A stretch of 64,000 bases of DNA, taken from contig NW_027192206.1 in assembly GCF_041956535.1 (NCBI RefSeq), positions 461,488-525,487 on the forward strand. The letters are read 5' to 3'. The notes under the pieces were generated by a model. It did not search any database. It had not been told where the DNA came from and worked only from the letters and a program-made list of their open reading frames with translations. Both the position numbers and the translations under genes were made by a program. Source of the DNA: Calcarisporiella thermophila CBS 279.70 (Eukaryota > Fungi > Calcarisporiellomycota). Shown piece after piece: positions 23,542 to 35,479 of this stretch. Each line of letters starts with the position of its first letter. The stretch's first letter is position 1.

Positions 23542-24793
23542 TCACAGGTTCAAATCCTTACTGAAGCAAGCAAATTCACGCTTCACCATGTCCGGCTTCA
23601 TGATGAGGCGGAGGTCTTTAGCGATGTATTGGTAGCCCTGTTAAGCAAAGCAGGTTGATTAGGAGGCAGAGATCCCCTCCGAAAGAGCCGCGGATCCTAC
23701 CTTGGCACTGAAAAATCGGCCATTTGCGTCGTAGAGGTCGCGGCGGTTGTACTCGTAATTCTTCAGGTCGATGCGGGGGCCAGCCAACACGCCTTGCGGC
23801 CCGCTGTTCTCCAAAAAAGCACCATTAGTGTGGCAGGCCTTGCAATGGGGGGGGAGGGGGAGACTGGTCTGCCGAGCGGAGCCCTTACCTCTCAAGATAC
23901 TCGGCCAGCAGACGATTGCGCTCCTCATTCGCTGCGCATTGGTCGGGGGTCAACTCCTCCACGTCCCCGGCGGTGGGGATGGAGAGAATATAGACGGACC
24001 GATTGGTCCCTGTCTTGCGGATATGCTCCGAAATGGCACGGAGATTGTGGATTGTCTGTACAGGCGAAATGGCCTCTTTTGTGGTTCTAATGAAGAGCCC
24101 TATGGTCAGCAACAAGGATTGAGTTGAAGGAGAGGCCAGCTGGAGCGCTTACCGGGCATCTTCGGATCCTAGCACAATAACAAAGATCTCTGCCTCGAGT
24201 AACTTGGGCTCTCGAAGTACCGAGTCCAAGAGCTTGGGTTTTTGCAGTCGTTTCTGAAGAAGCAGACCAATAGCCGGCGAGGCCAATTAGCATTCATAAT
24301 GTAGGGAGGGGGGATAAACAAATCATTGACAAACAAACCGATTCCGACTCTGGCAGCCAGTCTTCAGAGGTGGTGCCAAACTGGCCGCGATTGTAGACTA
24401 GCCATTTCTGGCGGATGGTAGGCTCTTGAGCAAAGGATGAGGGCAAACGGCCGGCAATGCCTGAGAAGAATGAGGGGAAGCCGCAAAAGTTAGCACTCCA
24501 TTAAAAAAGACAAGCGCCACAAGGTACCGGTCGCGATCTGGGCCCTGGCCCATTCTCCGTCGCCATAGCCTAATGCGAAGCCATCGCCCAACACGACCAT
24601 TGTGTGCTCGTAGCGCTCTCCCTTGGAGATGGGCTCGAAAATCCACTACCATAGAATGCAAGATTAGGCATTCGAATGCATTCTCGAATTCCGGAATTCC
24701 AAGAATACAGACTCGCTTGTAGAGAAGAATGCAGAGCCGGGCGTAAACCCAGAGGAGAGAGTAGAGGCGACAAAGCCCCTCCAGCGGTTCCAT
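23542..24793 (-). CDS. SGNH/GDSL hydrolase-fold protein with degenerate catalytic motifs, multi-exon
   Basis: Spliced model gives MVVLGDGFALG (block I), VYNRGQFGTTSEDW (block II), IVLGSEDA (block III), YDANGRFFSAK|GYQYIAKDL (block V). Confidence 0.7.
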
Positions 24794-24889
24794 AGGGGTG
24801 CAGAAGGACGGGACGCGCGCGGATAATGTAAGGGCGAGGTTGGGCCGAGCATGCAAAGGCAATGAAGGATTCCGCAGGTCGGGCATAAG

Positions 24890-25540
24890 CCACCAAGCGG
24901 ATGACGCCGCCCGCGCGGGGGGGCAAGGAGTTTCTGTTTTCGCGGGCGGCGAGGGCCCTGGTTCGCACACCGGGGGGGGGGGGGAAGCCCAGCGGGGATC
25001 AGCACGAGGAGGAGCGTGTGAGGGCGTGGGGCGGCTTGGAGCGCTGCAGCACAATAAAATAGATAAATGAAATGAAATAAAAAAGAAATTATTTGATTTC
25101 CTGCCTTGACTAATCAGGCGCGGGTATGCGGGTGTGCCTAAGGTTTGGCTGGTTGCCGCGGGCGGCTGAAGGGCTCGCGCGGATTGCTGCAAGGCCGCGC
25201 GGCGCCATTGGTCCACCGCGGCCTCCGGGAATGGGGGATGGGTTTGCGCGCTTGCCCAATCCGGGCCGCCCCCAAGCTGACACTTACGCCAAAAGGGCGG
25301 GCTGCAGCGCATCCCAAACTTTCGGGCCATGCACCTGAGGAGGACAGCAGCCGCGCTGGCTGCAGGCCAGAACAATAATTTCCAAAAGCTGCGCGCCCGG
25401 GGGCGGGTTGTTTGTGTGGGAAGAATTTTGACAGCGTCAAGTCAAATTTCAAATGCCGGGCCCGCGTCATTCCTGCCACCGGCGGCCCTCCCAGCCTGGC
25501 CGCCGGGCCGCCCGCCTGCCCTCGCGCCCATGCCCTTATC
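24890..25540. promoter_or_regulatory. GC/CpG-rich divergent promoter region with G-runs between the SGNH-like and homeobox genes
   Basis: Dense CG/GCGC and a G13 run near 24972-24984. ORFs here are Pro/Arg/Ala low-complexity. Confidence 0.5.
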
Positions 25541-25845
25541 AATGGCTTGCAGATTGCACCGAAAAAATAGAGCACTAATTAACGAAAACGTGCACCGAAA
25601 ATCCTCTTCACACGCACGCCCACATCCCCTATCGCCGCCCTTTCTCTTTTTTTTTTCACACTACGAGCTTTTTAGAGTTATCTCCCCGTGAAATCTACTC
25701 CCCCTTGCGTTGGCCGCCCTGCGTTTGAGATATTTAAATTACTGCCTCTATATCTCCCCTTTCTTCTCTCCTCATTTCCTCTCCCAATTGGCCTCTCCCC
25801 CCCACCCCGCGCCTCCATGTGTATACTTGCCGTGCCGTCTTCGCC

Positions 25846-26758
25846 ATGATGTATCACCACGACCAGCAGGTAGGCTCCCCTCAATGCCCTCTTTCATGGC
25901 CACAGGCCCTTACTGATGGAGGCCGCCTCTCCCATCTCCCCCTACAACAGTTGCGCATTCGCCAGTTTGCCCCCGTAATTCTGTACCATGACGCCCTCAT
26001 GCTCCCTCCGCTTCATCACCTGCACAAGCAGCGCATCAGCGACATGCTGCGGGAGCATTCAAAACAATGGGAGGGCATAATTCGGGACTACCAAGGTAGT
26101 CATCCATTCCGCTTTCTAATGCGGACCAATGTTGGGCGGCGAGTAGGACCGCCTCTCGCATGGCCAGCAATGCCGCCCATGGCCCCTCCCGATATTCCTC
26201 CATGATCCGCTAACATGCCCTCCTATTTTCCCTCTAGGTAGCATTGGCCTGCTGCCGAGGAAGCGCGACGTGCCCCACTCTCCATCCCTGACCTCCGACT
26301 CTGCTTATGCCTCATCATCGGATACCAGCGTCTCGCCCCCCTTACCCCCCCATCCCGCCCAGGACCCATACAGCTCCATCCATGCGCCCTCTCCCAATTC
26401 CCCCCCATCCCTCCCATCCCTCCCAAAGCGCCGCCGAGGAAACCTCCCAAAATCAACCACCGCCATTCTGCGCGCTTGGTTGGCCCAGCACGAGCGGCAT
26501 CCCTACCCCACGGAGGAGGAGAAGTCCGAGCTCGCGCAGCAGACCCGCCTGACCCTGAATCAAATCTCCAACTGGTTCATTAATGCACGGCGGAGATACC
26601 TGGTGCGCGGCAAGGTGGGCGGGTACGGGCTGCGGTCGATGCGGGATCGGGGCCAGAGCGAGGTTGATTACGCGGAGGAGGAGAGCTCCAGCGGGGGGGA
26701 GGAGTTCCGTCGCGGCGTGGACCCCAATCGGTATCCTAAGCGCCCGAGAGCACGCTAG
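25846..26758 (+). CDS. TALE-class homeodomain transcription factor (Homeobox_KN; Cup9/Tos8/TGIF-like), 3 exons
   Basis: [33 protein letters not shown]...[12 protein letters not shown] with the PYP loop and I50. Confidence 0.9.
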
Positions 26759-27225
26759 CCCGCGCACATGCGCCCATCCCCCTCTCCATTGTGATGTGAA
26801 AGTAACCGAGTATTTTTATTGTTATCTCTTGTTCCTCATTGTCCTCGCTACCGTTTCCACCCCCACCCCTCCTCTTCCTCCTCCTCGCCTCCTGTTTGTA
26901 ACTATTCCATTTGGTTGTGCTTGATTTTCATAAAGGATTTCGTTTGTTTATTATTGTTTTTCGCTTTGTCTCTTATGAAAATGAACAAAAAAAAAGTATG
27001 GATAATTATCATAATAATAATAAATTCACAAACATGGTGCTTGATTCTAAATCCTACGTCGGCCAGCAGTTGCAAAGTTTTGCCAAATATTGGACAACAT
27101 AATATGTATATATATAGACTTCGGAGTTCACATTTCAACGCTACGGAATTAAGCAGTAGATTGGGTTCGAACGAACGGAATCCATCCTCCAAGGTCCGTC
27201 CTCCCCCAAGCCCTCTCAGCCCTGC

Positions 27226-29529
27226 TTACGCATGCTGGATCATCTTGCGCCATACTCCATCGGCAACCCTCACCACATCCACCATCTCCCTCACATCATG
27301 CACCCGCAGAATGTCGGACCCGCCCGCAACCGCCGCCGTCACGGCCGCCGCAGTGCCCCATCCCCGCTTCTTCGGATCGGGCTGATCCGTCGCCCGCCCG
27401 ATGAATGCCTTCTTGGATGGGCCCACCAGGCACGGGAACCCCACTAGAGGCGACCGTGGCGAGGCGATCAGCTCCGGAAGCCGGCGCAACACCTCGAAAT
27501 TGTGCTCCGCCCCCTTGGCGAACCCAATCCCCGGATCCACGATGATGTTCCATCGCGCGATGCCACTGCGGATCGCGCTCTGAACGCGCTTGGCAAGATG
27601 CTCGCGCACATCCACAATCACATCGTCGTACTGCGTCAGCGACATCATCGTGCGCGCAGTGCCGCGCGTGTGCATCAGGCAGATCGGCACCTGCAGCTTG
27701 GCCACGGTGGGCAACATGTCGGGATCCGCATGGCCCGCGTGCACATCATTCACCAGATTGGCCCCCGCCTCAATGGCACTGCGTGCAACGCGAGCGCGGA
27801 ACGTATCCACCGAGATGGGCACCTTGACTCCTCGCTCCCGGAGCTTCCTAATCACCGGCACCACCCGCTGCTCCTCCACCTCCTCCGGGACATCTTCCGC
27901 ATCGGGCCGAGTGGACATCCCGCCGATATCCAGAATGTCGGCTCCATCGGCCACCAGCTGCTCAGCGTACTGCACCGCAGCGTCTACCGTGGAGTACGAG
28001 CCCCCGTCGCTGAAGGAGTCGGGCGTGACGTTCAGAATGCCCATGATATAGGTCTGGCGGCCCCATTCCCAAAGCAGGTTGTTTCCAAGAGGCATCACAC
28101 GCGAGATGGGCATCGTCTGGGAGGGCGAGTCGCTCTGAGCCTTGAGAAGCTGCGAGAGCAGCTGTCCACACGTGCGGAAGAGTTTGGGATGTTCGAGATT
28201 TTTCGCGATGCTAAAGGGGGAGAGGGGGGGGGGGAGGGGAAGCAAAAGAGGGAGAAACGCGCTATTAGTCAAGACCTCCATCCGCCATGCAACTCCACCC
28301 GGAACTTACTCGCAAAGCGGTCGCAGCACAAACTCGCGGTCCTGGATTCTCGGATGGGGAATTTGGAGCGTCTCTGAATGATGCTCCACATCATCATAAA
28401 ACAAAATGTCCAAGTCGATGGGGCGCGGCCCATAGCGCACCGTCTTCACCCTTCCCATGTTTTCCTCCACTTGCTTCATCCGCGCCAGCAAATCTTCGGG
28501 GGCGAGTCGTGTCATTACCTGGCACACCGCATTCAGGAAGGGCGGCTGGTCGGTGACATACATGGGCGGCGTTTTGTACAGGAAAGAGGTGTCGACGACA
28601 CGGCACTCGCACGTGTTCTCGAGCTCCTCAAGCGCTTTGTAGAGGTTCTGGGCTAGCGATCCGATGTTGGTGCCGAGGGCAATGTAGGCGGAGTGGTTGT
28701 ATCCATCCGACATGTCGGGCAGCCGCGCTCTTCCCGGCAGACTCTTCGCCGAGTCGATCGAGGCGCGGCGCTCGCTCTGCCTGATTTCGTTGAGCCAAGC
28801 CCGATCGCGCGTGACCTCCACCCCGGCCGTATCGGCAAACAGCAGGGCGCTGGGCTTCTCGGCGCGAACAGTAATGCGAGGTACATGGCACTGCTCGATC
28901 GCAACGCGTGCAACCGAGGTGACCAGGGCCTCCACCGTCTTGTAGGAGGAGGCCTCCACGTGTCGCGTAATGGTGCGCACAATGGTCCGGTAGTTGTACA
29001 TTTTGGGGACGCGGTCCTCTCTATGCACGTTCAGTGACGTCGGGAAGATTTGCAAATTGATGATCACCACCTGCGTTTCCTCTCTTTCCCAGGGATTCAC
29101 ACCAATGACCGTGGAAAGTCGCAGATCCCTCACGAAGATCGTGTCCTGCCCGTCTAGCTTGACTTCCTCTCCGTCGCGTAGACGACTGATCTCAATCCCG
29201 GCGGCGGCGGCGTGTAGCAGCGCACGGGGTTTCTCTACTCGCACAATAGCCTTCTCGGCTCCACACGAAATGCAAACTTTGGCTATCCCCTCAGCAAGGG
29301 CCTCGACGCTGCGGAAGTGGCTGTCCTCCGCGAATTTCGTGACCGCTTTGGTGGTGAGCCCGTAGTGAAGTGAGGTGCCTAGATGATCGGTGGCGCCGAC
29401 CTGCGAAATAGGGTGATGAAGGGTTAAGTCGAGGTGGACGGGCTGCTTTTTGACGCGTTCCCAAGAGTCGACGCCGAGGATGGTGCGGACCTTGAGATTT
29501 CGAATAAGGATTTTGTCGGGTTCCTGCAT
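27226..29529 (-). CDS. FOL1: Trifunctional folate synthesis protein (2x DHNA, HPPK, DHPS), one intron at about 28210-28310
   Basis: Two DHNA repeats (ILGVDSWER, VIGVNPWER); HPPK AYIALGTN and GPRPIDLDILFY; DHPS MGILNVTPDSFSDGG and ILRVHDV. Confidence 0.97.
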
Positions 29530-29839
29530 GGAGCAACAAGGAAACCAAACGAATGGTTACGGTAGGAGAGAAGAAGCGGCTTTTGATTTCCCTTTCTTGT
29601 CTCCCTTTGCTTGAATGGAGAAGGTCGAGCGAATTAAAATAAAACAGATGGAATGCGTGAATCTCCCCCCCCCCGGTGGTTGTACTTTATTTCCTTTTGG
29701 TCTCGAGTTCGTGCCATACAAAAAAATACACACCAGAAACAGCAGTCACCGCTGTCACCCTGTTGCTCTACTCGTGGAAACATCGATATTATTTTTTTCC
29801 ATTTTCACCACGCCTGTATAAACCCATACCAATAGAGCC

Positions 29840-30699
29840 ATGAGCTGTCTGAGAAGATTTAAAGCAACCGATCTCTTTCGGTTTAATAACATGTAGGCTC
29901 GGCGAATACGTTGAAACGGCGGTTTCGATGACTTACCTCTCCCTCTTCCCCTCTCCTTATCCGCATTTTAGCAATCTCGACGTGCTAACCGAGACATACA
30001 ACATCTCATTCTACCTACAGTACCTTGCACGCTGGCCGGACTTGTTCTGTGTACAGGAATCACCCAACGGAAAGCTCATGGGCTACTGTGTGTTTTATTT
30101 CTTTTTTTTTTTCATTCGCAGTGAAGTGTTCAATTGTTAACGGGTCCCTTTTCAATGCCTCTTTACAGTCATGGGTAAAGCAGAAGGCCACGGCAAAGAA
30201 TGGCATGGGCACGTCACTGCCATTACGGTGGCACCGGAGTACCGTCGCTTGGGGTTAGCCGAGGGAATGATGAGACTCCTCGAGGAAGTTTCAGAAAAAA
30301 TGTAAGTCGCCTCTTTGGACTCGCGCCTGATACAAAACGGAACGTCAGGGCTGAGCCCTCTCTCCCTTCTAGATATAACGGATATTTCGTGGACCTGTTT
30401 GTAAGAGTCTCGAACTCGGTAGCCATAGGCATGTACCACAAGTTCGGCTACTCGGTGTATAGGCGAGTGCTGAAATATTATTGTGGGGGGGCCGCCGAAG
30501 AGGATGCATTCGGTGAGTCCGAGATGCCGTGCATTTTTGTCTTCTCAACTAACCAGCCCCTTGTTATTGACCTTGTTTCTTGAACGCAATTTCTACCCCT
30601 ATCCATCCAGATATGAGAAAGCCGCTAGCCAGAGACGTCAACCGGGAGAGTGTCATTGTAAATGGAGAAAATAATCTTGTTCGACCGGAGGATCTCTAG
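29840..30699 (+). CDS. NAT3: NatB N-terminal acetyltransferase catalytic subunit (NAA20), multi-exon
   Basis: MSCLRRFKATDLFRFNN|NLDVLTETY; WHGHVTAITVAPEYRRLGLA; FVDLFVRVSN; EEDAF|DMRKPL. Confidence 0.95.
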
Positions 30700-30956
30700 C
30701 TAGAACATGGAAGAGAACTTGTAGATTTATATGTACACAGTGACTGTCAAGATAACAAATGGCGAGGAAAAAAATAAAATGAAATAAGGATAAGAATAGA
30801 ATTATAAACAAAACTGAGCAAGAGCGAGCAAGCGATGGAAAAAAAAAAGGGGAAAAGAAAGTAGGAGAATAGGAGAGGAGGAAAGCTAATCCTTTGGATA
30901 TGTTTGACGAGAGTAGCGAAAAAAAAAGTCCCGGACTCTAAATCAGTAAACTAGAT

Positions 30957-32222
30957 CTAGACAATATTATCGCCCACACACCCCTTCTCCCTCTCGATCC
31001 CGATGGTTGTCCAATCGAAGCCGTAGTCGTGGCCCGGAAGCACCACCACCCGATCCTCCAAAGCCCCCAGCACATGGCTCAGCGAGTGCCGCATCGACTC
31101 CGACGAGCCCCCCGGTAAGTCGGTCCGCCCGCAGATACCCCCCAATAGGGTGTCCCCTGCCAGTAATCGACACCCGTTCACCAGCACACATTGGGAGCCG
31201 GGCGTGTGGCCGGGCGTGTGCAAGAACTTCAGCACGGTGCCGCCCATCCGGATCTGTTCGGGGGATGGCACGAGTCGGTGGGGCTGGATGGAGGGATTGG
31301 CGGAGAGCACCGGCTGGATGTCCAGAGGGTGCACATAGGCGGGGATGTGGGGGAACTTTTTGAGGAGGGTCGCGAGACCCGAGACCTTGATCGGGATCGA
31401 GTCGTAGGGCGGGGGAGGGCTTCCGCCCACATGGTCAAAATGGTGGTGCGTAACAATGCAGGCCACCAGGGTATAGTTCTCTTCGCGTATAAACCGCACA
31501 ATGCCCTCCACGTCCCAGCAGGCGTCGACAGCAATGCACTCGCGCGTTGCGAGATCGGCAACTATGTAAATGAGATTTTTCATCATTTCTGCATACTCGA
31601 AGACGCGATTCTGCACCGGGGAAGTGAAGCTGCGCTCTAGCGCAATGTCTCTCCCCGGCAGCAAAGCCTCGATCGCGAATCCCATTCTCCTGTTGTCTCT
31701 CTGCATCAGCGCTTTTGACAATCTATTCTTTATGTCGGTCCCGTTCTCTGTGTCGAGTTTAATGGCGCACTTATAGTCCTCTATGGCTGCATCGAACTGA
31801 TGCTGGCGAAGCAGTGCCTCTGCGCGACGCAGATAACCTTTGGCCCAATTCGGTCGCAAGCGCACCACCTGATCTGCATCCTGCTTTGCCTGGGTATACT
31901 GGCGCAGCATAAAGTAGCTTGCGCTGCGGTTGGAGTAAAGGAGAGCTAGAAAATCGCTTGGCTCTGGAGACACTACTTCCACTGCTTGGATAGCCTTGAA
32001 ATACTCAGTGATGGCATCCTTATAATACCGGCGCTGAAACTAGATGAAATGGAAGGAATCTCCGTGAGAATAAGCGCAGATGTAGATAAAGAATGGTATA
32101 CGTACATTATCGTTCGCTCGGCATACGTATTTGTACGTGCGATCATCAGGTGCCTCTGGATGAAAGGCAGCCTTCGGCCCGGATGCGATGGATGGGGGTT
32201 TCCTTGAATCCGAACGCGACAT
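30957..32222 (-). CDS. TPR-repeat / metallo-beta-lactamase (glyoxalase II-like) fusion protein, 2 exons
   Basis: TPRs (LYSNRSASYF, PNWAKGYLRRAEAL) followed in the same exon by THHHFDH, HTPGHTPGSQC, AGDTL and PGHDY. Confidence 0.88.
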
Positions 32223-32677
32223 AATCCACACGCAACTTGTTAAAGAGTGACCAAATGGCTAATTGAAACAAGTGCAGACAGTGGAGGGGGGCGGGGGCGG
32301 TAATGATGGAAATAAGAGACGGGCAACACAGACCAAGATTGCGACCGAAGAGGTGGAAAAGCAATGAGAAACTATATTAATTCGTACTACTTTATCTAGC
32401 AGTCACAACACTGGCTCAATCATAATGGGTCTTGTTTTCGGTGTTATGCTCTGCCCGACTTTGGCGAATGGACGGCGGACCCGCCTTGCCATTCGGCTTG
32501 TGATGTCTTGTTGGAGAAAGTGAATTGCATATACAGCATAACACAAATAAACAAATAAATGTAAAATAAATATTAGAAGCAACCTTGATGAAACTATAAA
32601 GCAGTACTCTATTTACATGAACGAATCAAATGGTATATGTAACAAGCATAGGCTGTGGAATTAAATGGTAGAGGATT

Positions 32678-33554
32678 CTACTCGTTGTGTCCAAACTCGG
32701 CCAGCATATGTGCCAAAGCCATTCGAACCCTGTCGTCATTCTCGTCGTCTTCGTCCCAATCCCCTCCTTCTTCCTCGTCCTCATCCTCTTCATCTTCTTC
32801 TTCTTCCTCCTCCTCCTCCTCCTCCCCTCCCTCATCTTCCCCTTCTTGCTCACCCTTCTCCCCTCCCTCTCCTAAATTTACCTGGGCAACTCCCGTTTCA
32901 TGGGCCTCTATCTCTTCGGATAGCCTTGGATCCAGGATGGCTGAGGGAGTATTTACAATAGATGCGTCTGCAGAGCCGGAGGCCGACGTCCAATTAGAGC
33001 CCAACATATCGAGGGGAAGCGGGGTGAAAGGGGTATGTTCAGGCTGAAAGAATTCTGGTAGGAAAAAAAATGAGACCATGTCGCAAAACTTCATAAAAAT
33101 TGTATCATTGATCGCTTACCTCTGCTAGTGATAGGCGCAGAAAATGTCAGATCTAGAGGTTCTTCGGGTGGGGGCGGGAGGCGATCGATAATCTGTCGCA
33201 GGTGAGCTGCTTCTTTCTAGAATATCAAATAAAAAAATGTTCGCTCAGCCAGAGGTACCAAAGTGAGCAAATAAAAAGAATTTGGACCTTGAGTTCGGCT
33301 GTCTTATATTGCGTTAACTTACGCAATCGTTCTGCTTGCTTGAGCTCATTATCGAGTAGATTGATCATAATTTCCTCAAGATTACGGTCTTCCCGAGGCG
33401 GGAGATTGTTGATGTGCTCGAGAAGCTCGATGATGTCGCCGTCTATAATCTCATTCGGATCTTGCGGCTTTTGTGAGTCGGGTTGCGGAGGTTGCTGCAT
33501 GGATGGGAGGGAATAGGCGTGATAATCATGGTAAATCTCCTCTCGAGTGGGCAT
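32678..33554 (-). CDS. Uncharacterised protein with coiled coil and acidic tail, 3 exons
   Basis: Exons join through GT-AG introns (MPTREEIY..KTAELK|KEAAHLRQII..|EFFQPEH..E/D tract). Head-to-head with GLO3. Confidence 0.7.
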
Positions 33555-33726
33555 TCTTTTGTTTTTCTCTGGGCCGAAGCATCCTCAAATTTTTTTTCTC
33601 CGAAACTGAGCGGCTCAGTCCACCTAGAAAAATTTCCCACTTTAATCCTCTTAGTTCCACTCCGTGGTGGAAAAAGCAAAAAGCAGACCCCGCACTTCCT
33701 TGGCTCCTCATTTCCTACTAGCGGCC

Positions 33727-35218
33727 ATGGCTGAACCAACCAAGGATCAGATTCAGGAGATTTTCAAGAAGCTTTTCGCCATTCGCTCAAATAAAGTAGG
33801 TCCCCTCTCCTTATCAGCATGTTGAGTCATCTGAATTGAATTAATCATGTCCAAAACTCTAGTCGTGTTTCGACTGTAAAGCTCAAAATCCTACATGGGC
33901 CTCCATCACCTATGGCGTCTATCTCTGCCTCGACTGCTCTTCTGTACATCGCAATCTCGGTGTCCATATAAGCTTTGTCAGGTGGATTGGCTCTTCAACC
34001 TGCCACTCTTTGTCTTCTAATGTGATTAATCGTTTGATTTTTAGATCATGCGTACTTGACACGTGGACATGGGATCAATTGCGCGTCATGAAAGTGGGCG
34101 GCAACGCTGCTGCCACGGAATTTTTCACAAAACACGGCGGCAGTACCCTCAACCGAAAGGATGCCAAGGCGAAATATACGTCGCGTGCCGCAACCCTCTA
34201 TCGTGAAAAACTGGCCCAGCGGGTGAAAGAGGATGCAGCGGAGTTAGTATTGATTCAGCTTCCCGTATTCGTACAAAATACTTGACACCATGCTGACCAT
34301 GATTTGCTTTCCATGAACAGACATCCTGACGCCGTGATGATTGTCGATGAGGTCGCTCACAACGCCCCCAAAAAGGAGGCGGAGGAGGACGAGTTCTTCG
34401 CTTCGTTTGAGAACAAATCGCCCCCAACTGCGCACAAATCCCCCAGTCACCAAACCTCAACTCTGCGCACTGCCAAAAAACCGCTTGGTGCGCGCAAGCC
34501 GAACACAACGAAGCCGGGGATGAAGCTTGGCGCGAAGAAGGTCGCCAACTTTGATTTTGAGGCCGCGCAGGCGCGTGCTCGAGAGGAGGAGGAGCGCGCA
34601 AAGGTGCTCGGCTACGATCGAGAGGAGGAAGAGCGGGAGGAGAGAGAGAAGGAGGACAGCTTTGTAGCGAGGAAAAAGGATCGGCCCACATCGCTGCGGA
34701 TGGAGCCGCAGGCGATGCCTCCGGTCGTGGACGAAGCACGGCGGGGAGAAATGGAGCGTCTTGGGATGGCGATGGGGCGGCTTGGGTTTGGAGCAGTGGG
34801 ACCGAGCCAGCCTTCAAAAGCCTCCTCCAAGTATGCCGACACGAGCAAAGAGGACGATTCCACCTATGCGCGGGAAAAGTTCTCCAACCAAAAATCCATC
34901 TCCTCGGATCAGTACTTTGGGCGAAATGAATACGACCCTAACATCCAGGAAGAGGCCCAGCAGCGGTTGCGACAGTTCCAGGGTGCGAACGCAATATCTT
35001 CAGCACAGTACTTTGGACGGGACGAAGAGGAAATGGCGCCCCGCGGCAACTACGGCGGCCCAGGCGGGTTTGCTCTGCCTACCTCGGCCCGCGATATAGG
35101 CCAGCGGCTACTGGACCAAGCGGGCGCGGACTTGGACGCAGTTCGCACAATGATGCAATCGGGCGCCGCCAAGCTCCAGGATGTGCTCCAGGATTTACAA
35201 CACCGGTACAACTATTAG
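33727..35218 (+). CDS. GLO3: ARF GTPase-activating protein Glo3/ArfGAP2-3, multi-exon
   Basis: [38 protein letters not shown] zinc finger; LGAKK; two Glo3 motifs ([16 protein letters not shown]). Confidence 0.95.
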
Positions 35219-35479
35219 TGAGTAGCCCCTGCCTCTGCTCTTGTGTGTTTCTACTGTTATTATTATGCCATATTATATTCTAGCTTGAATGTTTCGTTTT
35301 ATTATTTTGATGACACGGGATCCTCCTCCTTTCTTTATTTGTTTCTGTTAAAATCCACAAAATATGTTTTTAATAAATGCACGTTTGTCAAAAGTGGGCG
35401 TGCTGGATTTCAAGGAAAAACCTCATGTGTATGAGAAGGTTGAGCAATGAGCAAGCTTTGAATCAATGAATGTTGACAC

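Noticed and set aside
24398-25691. Long Pro/Arg/Ala-rich ORFs such as 24398-25375
   Set aside because: By-products of a GC-rich promoter; only part coincides with the first exon of the SGNH-like gene.
27502-28377. 291-aa antisense ORF over FOL1, and similar shadow ORFs over the RGS, HIBADH and BUD27 genes
   Set aside because: Expected from GC3-rich or low-complexity sense codons; no motifs.
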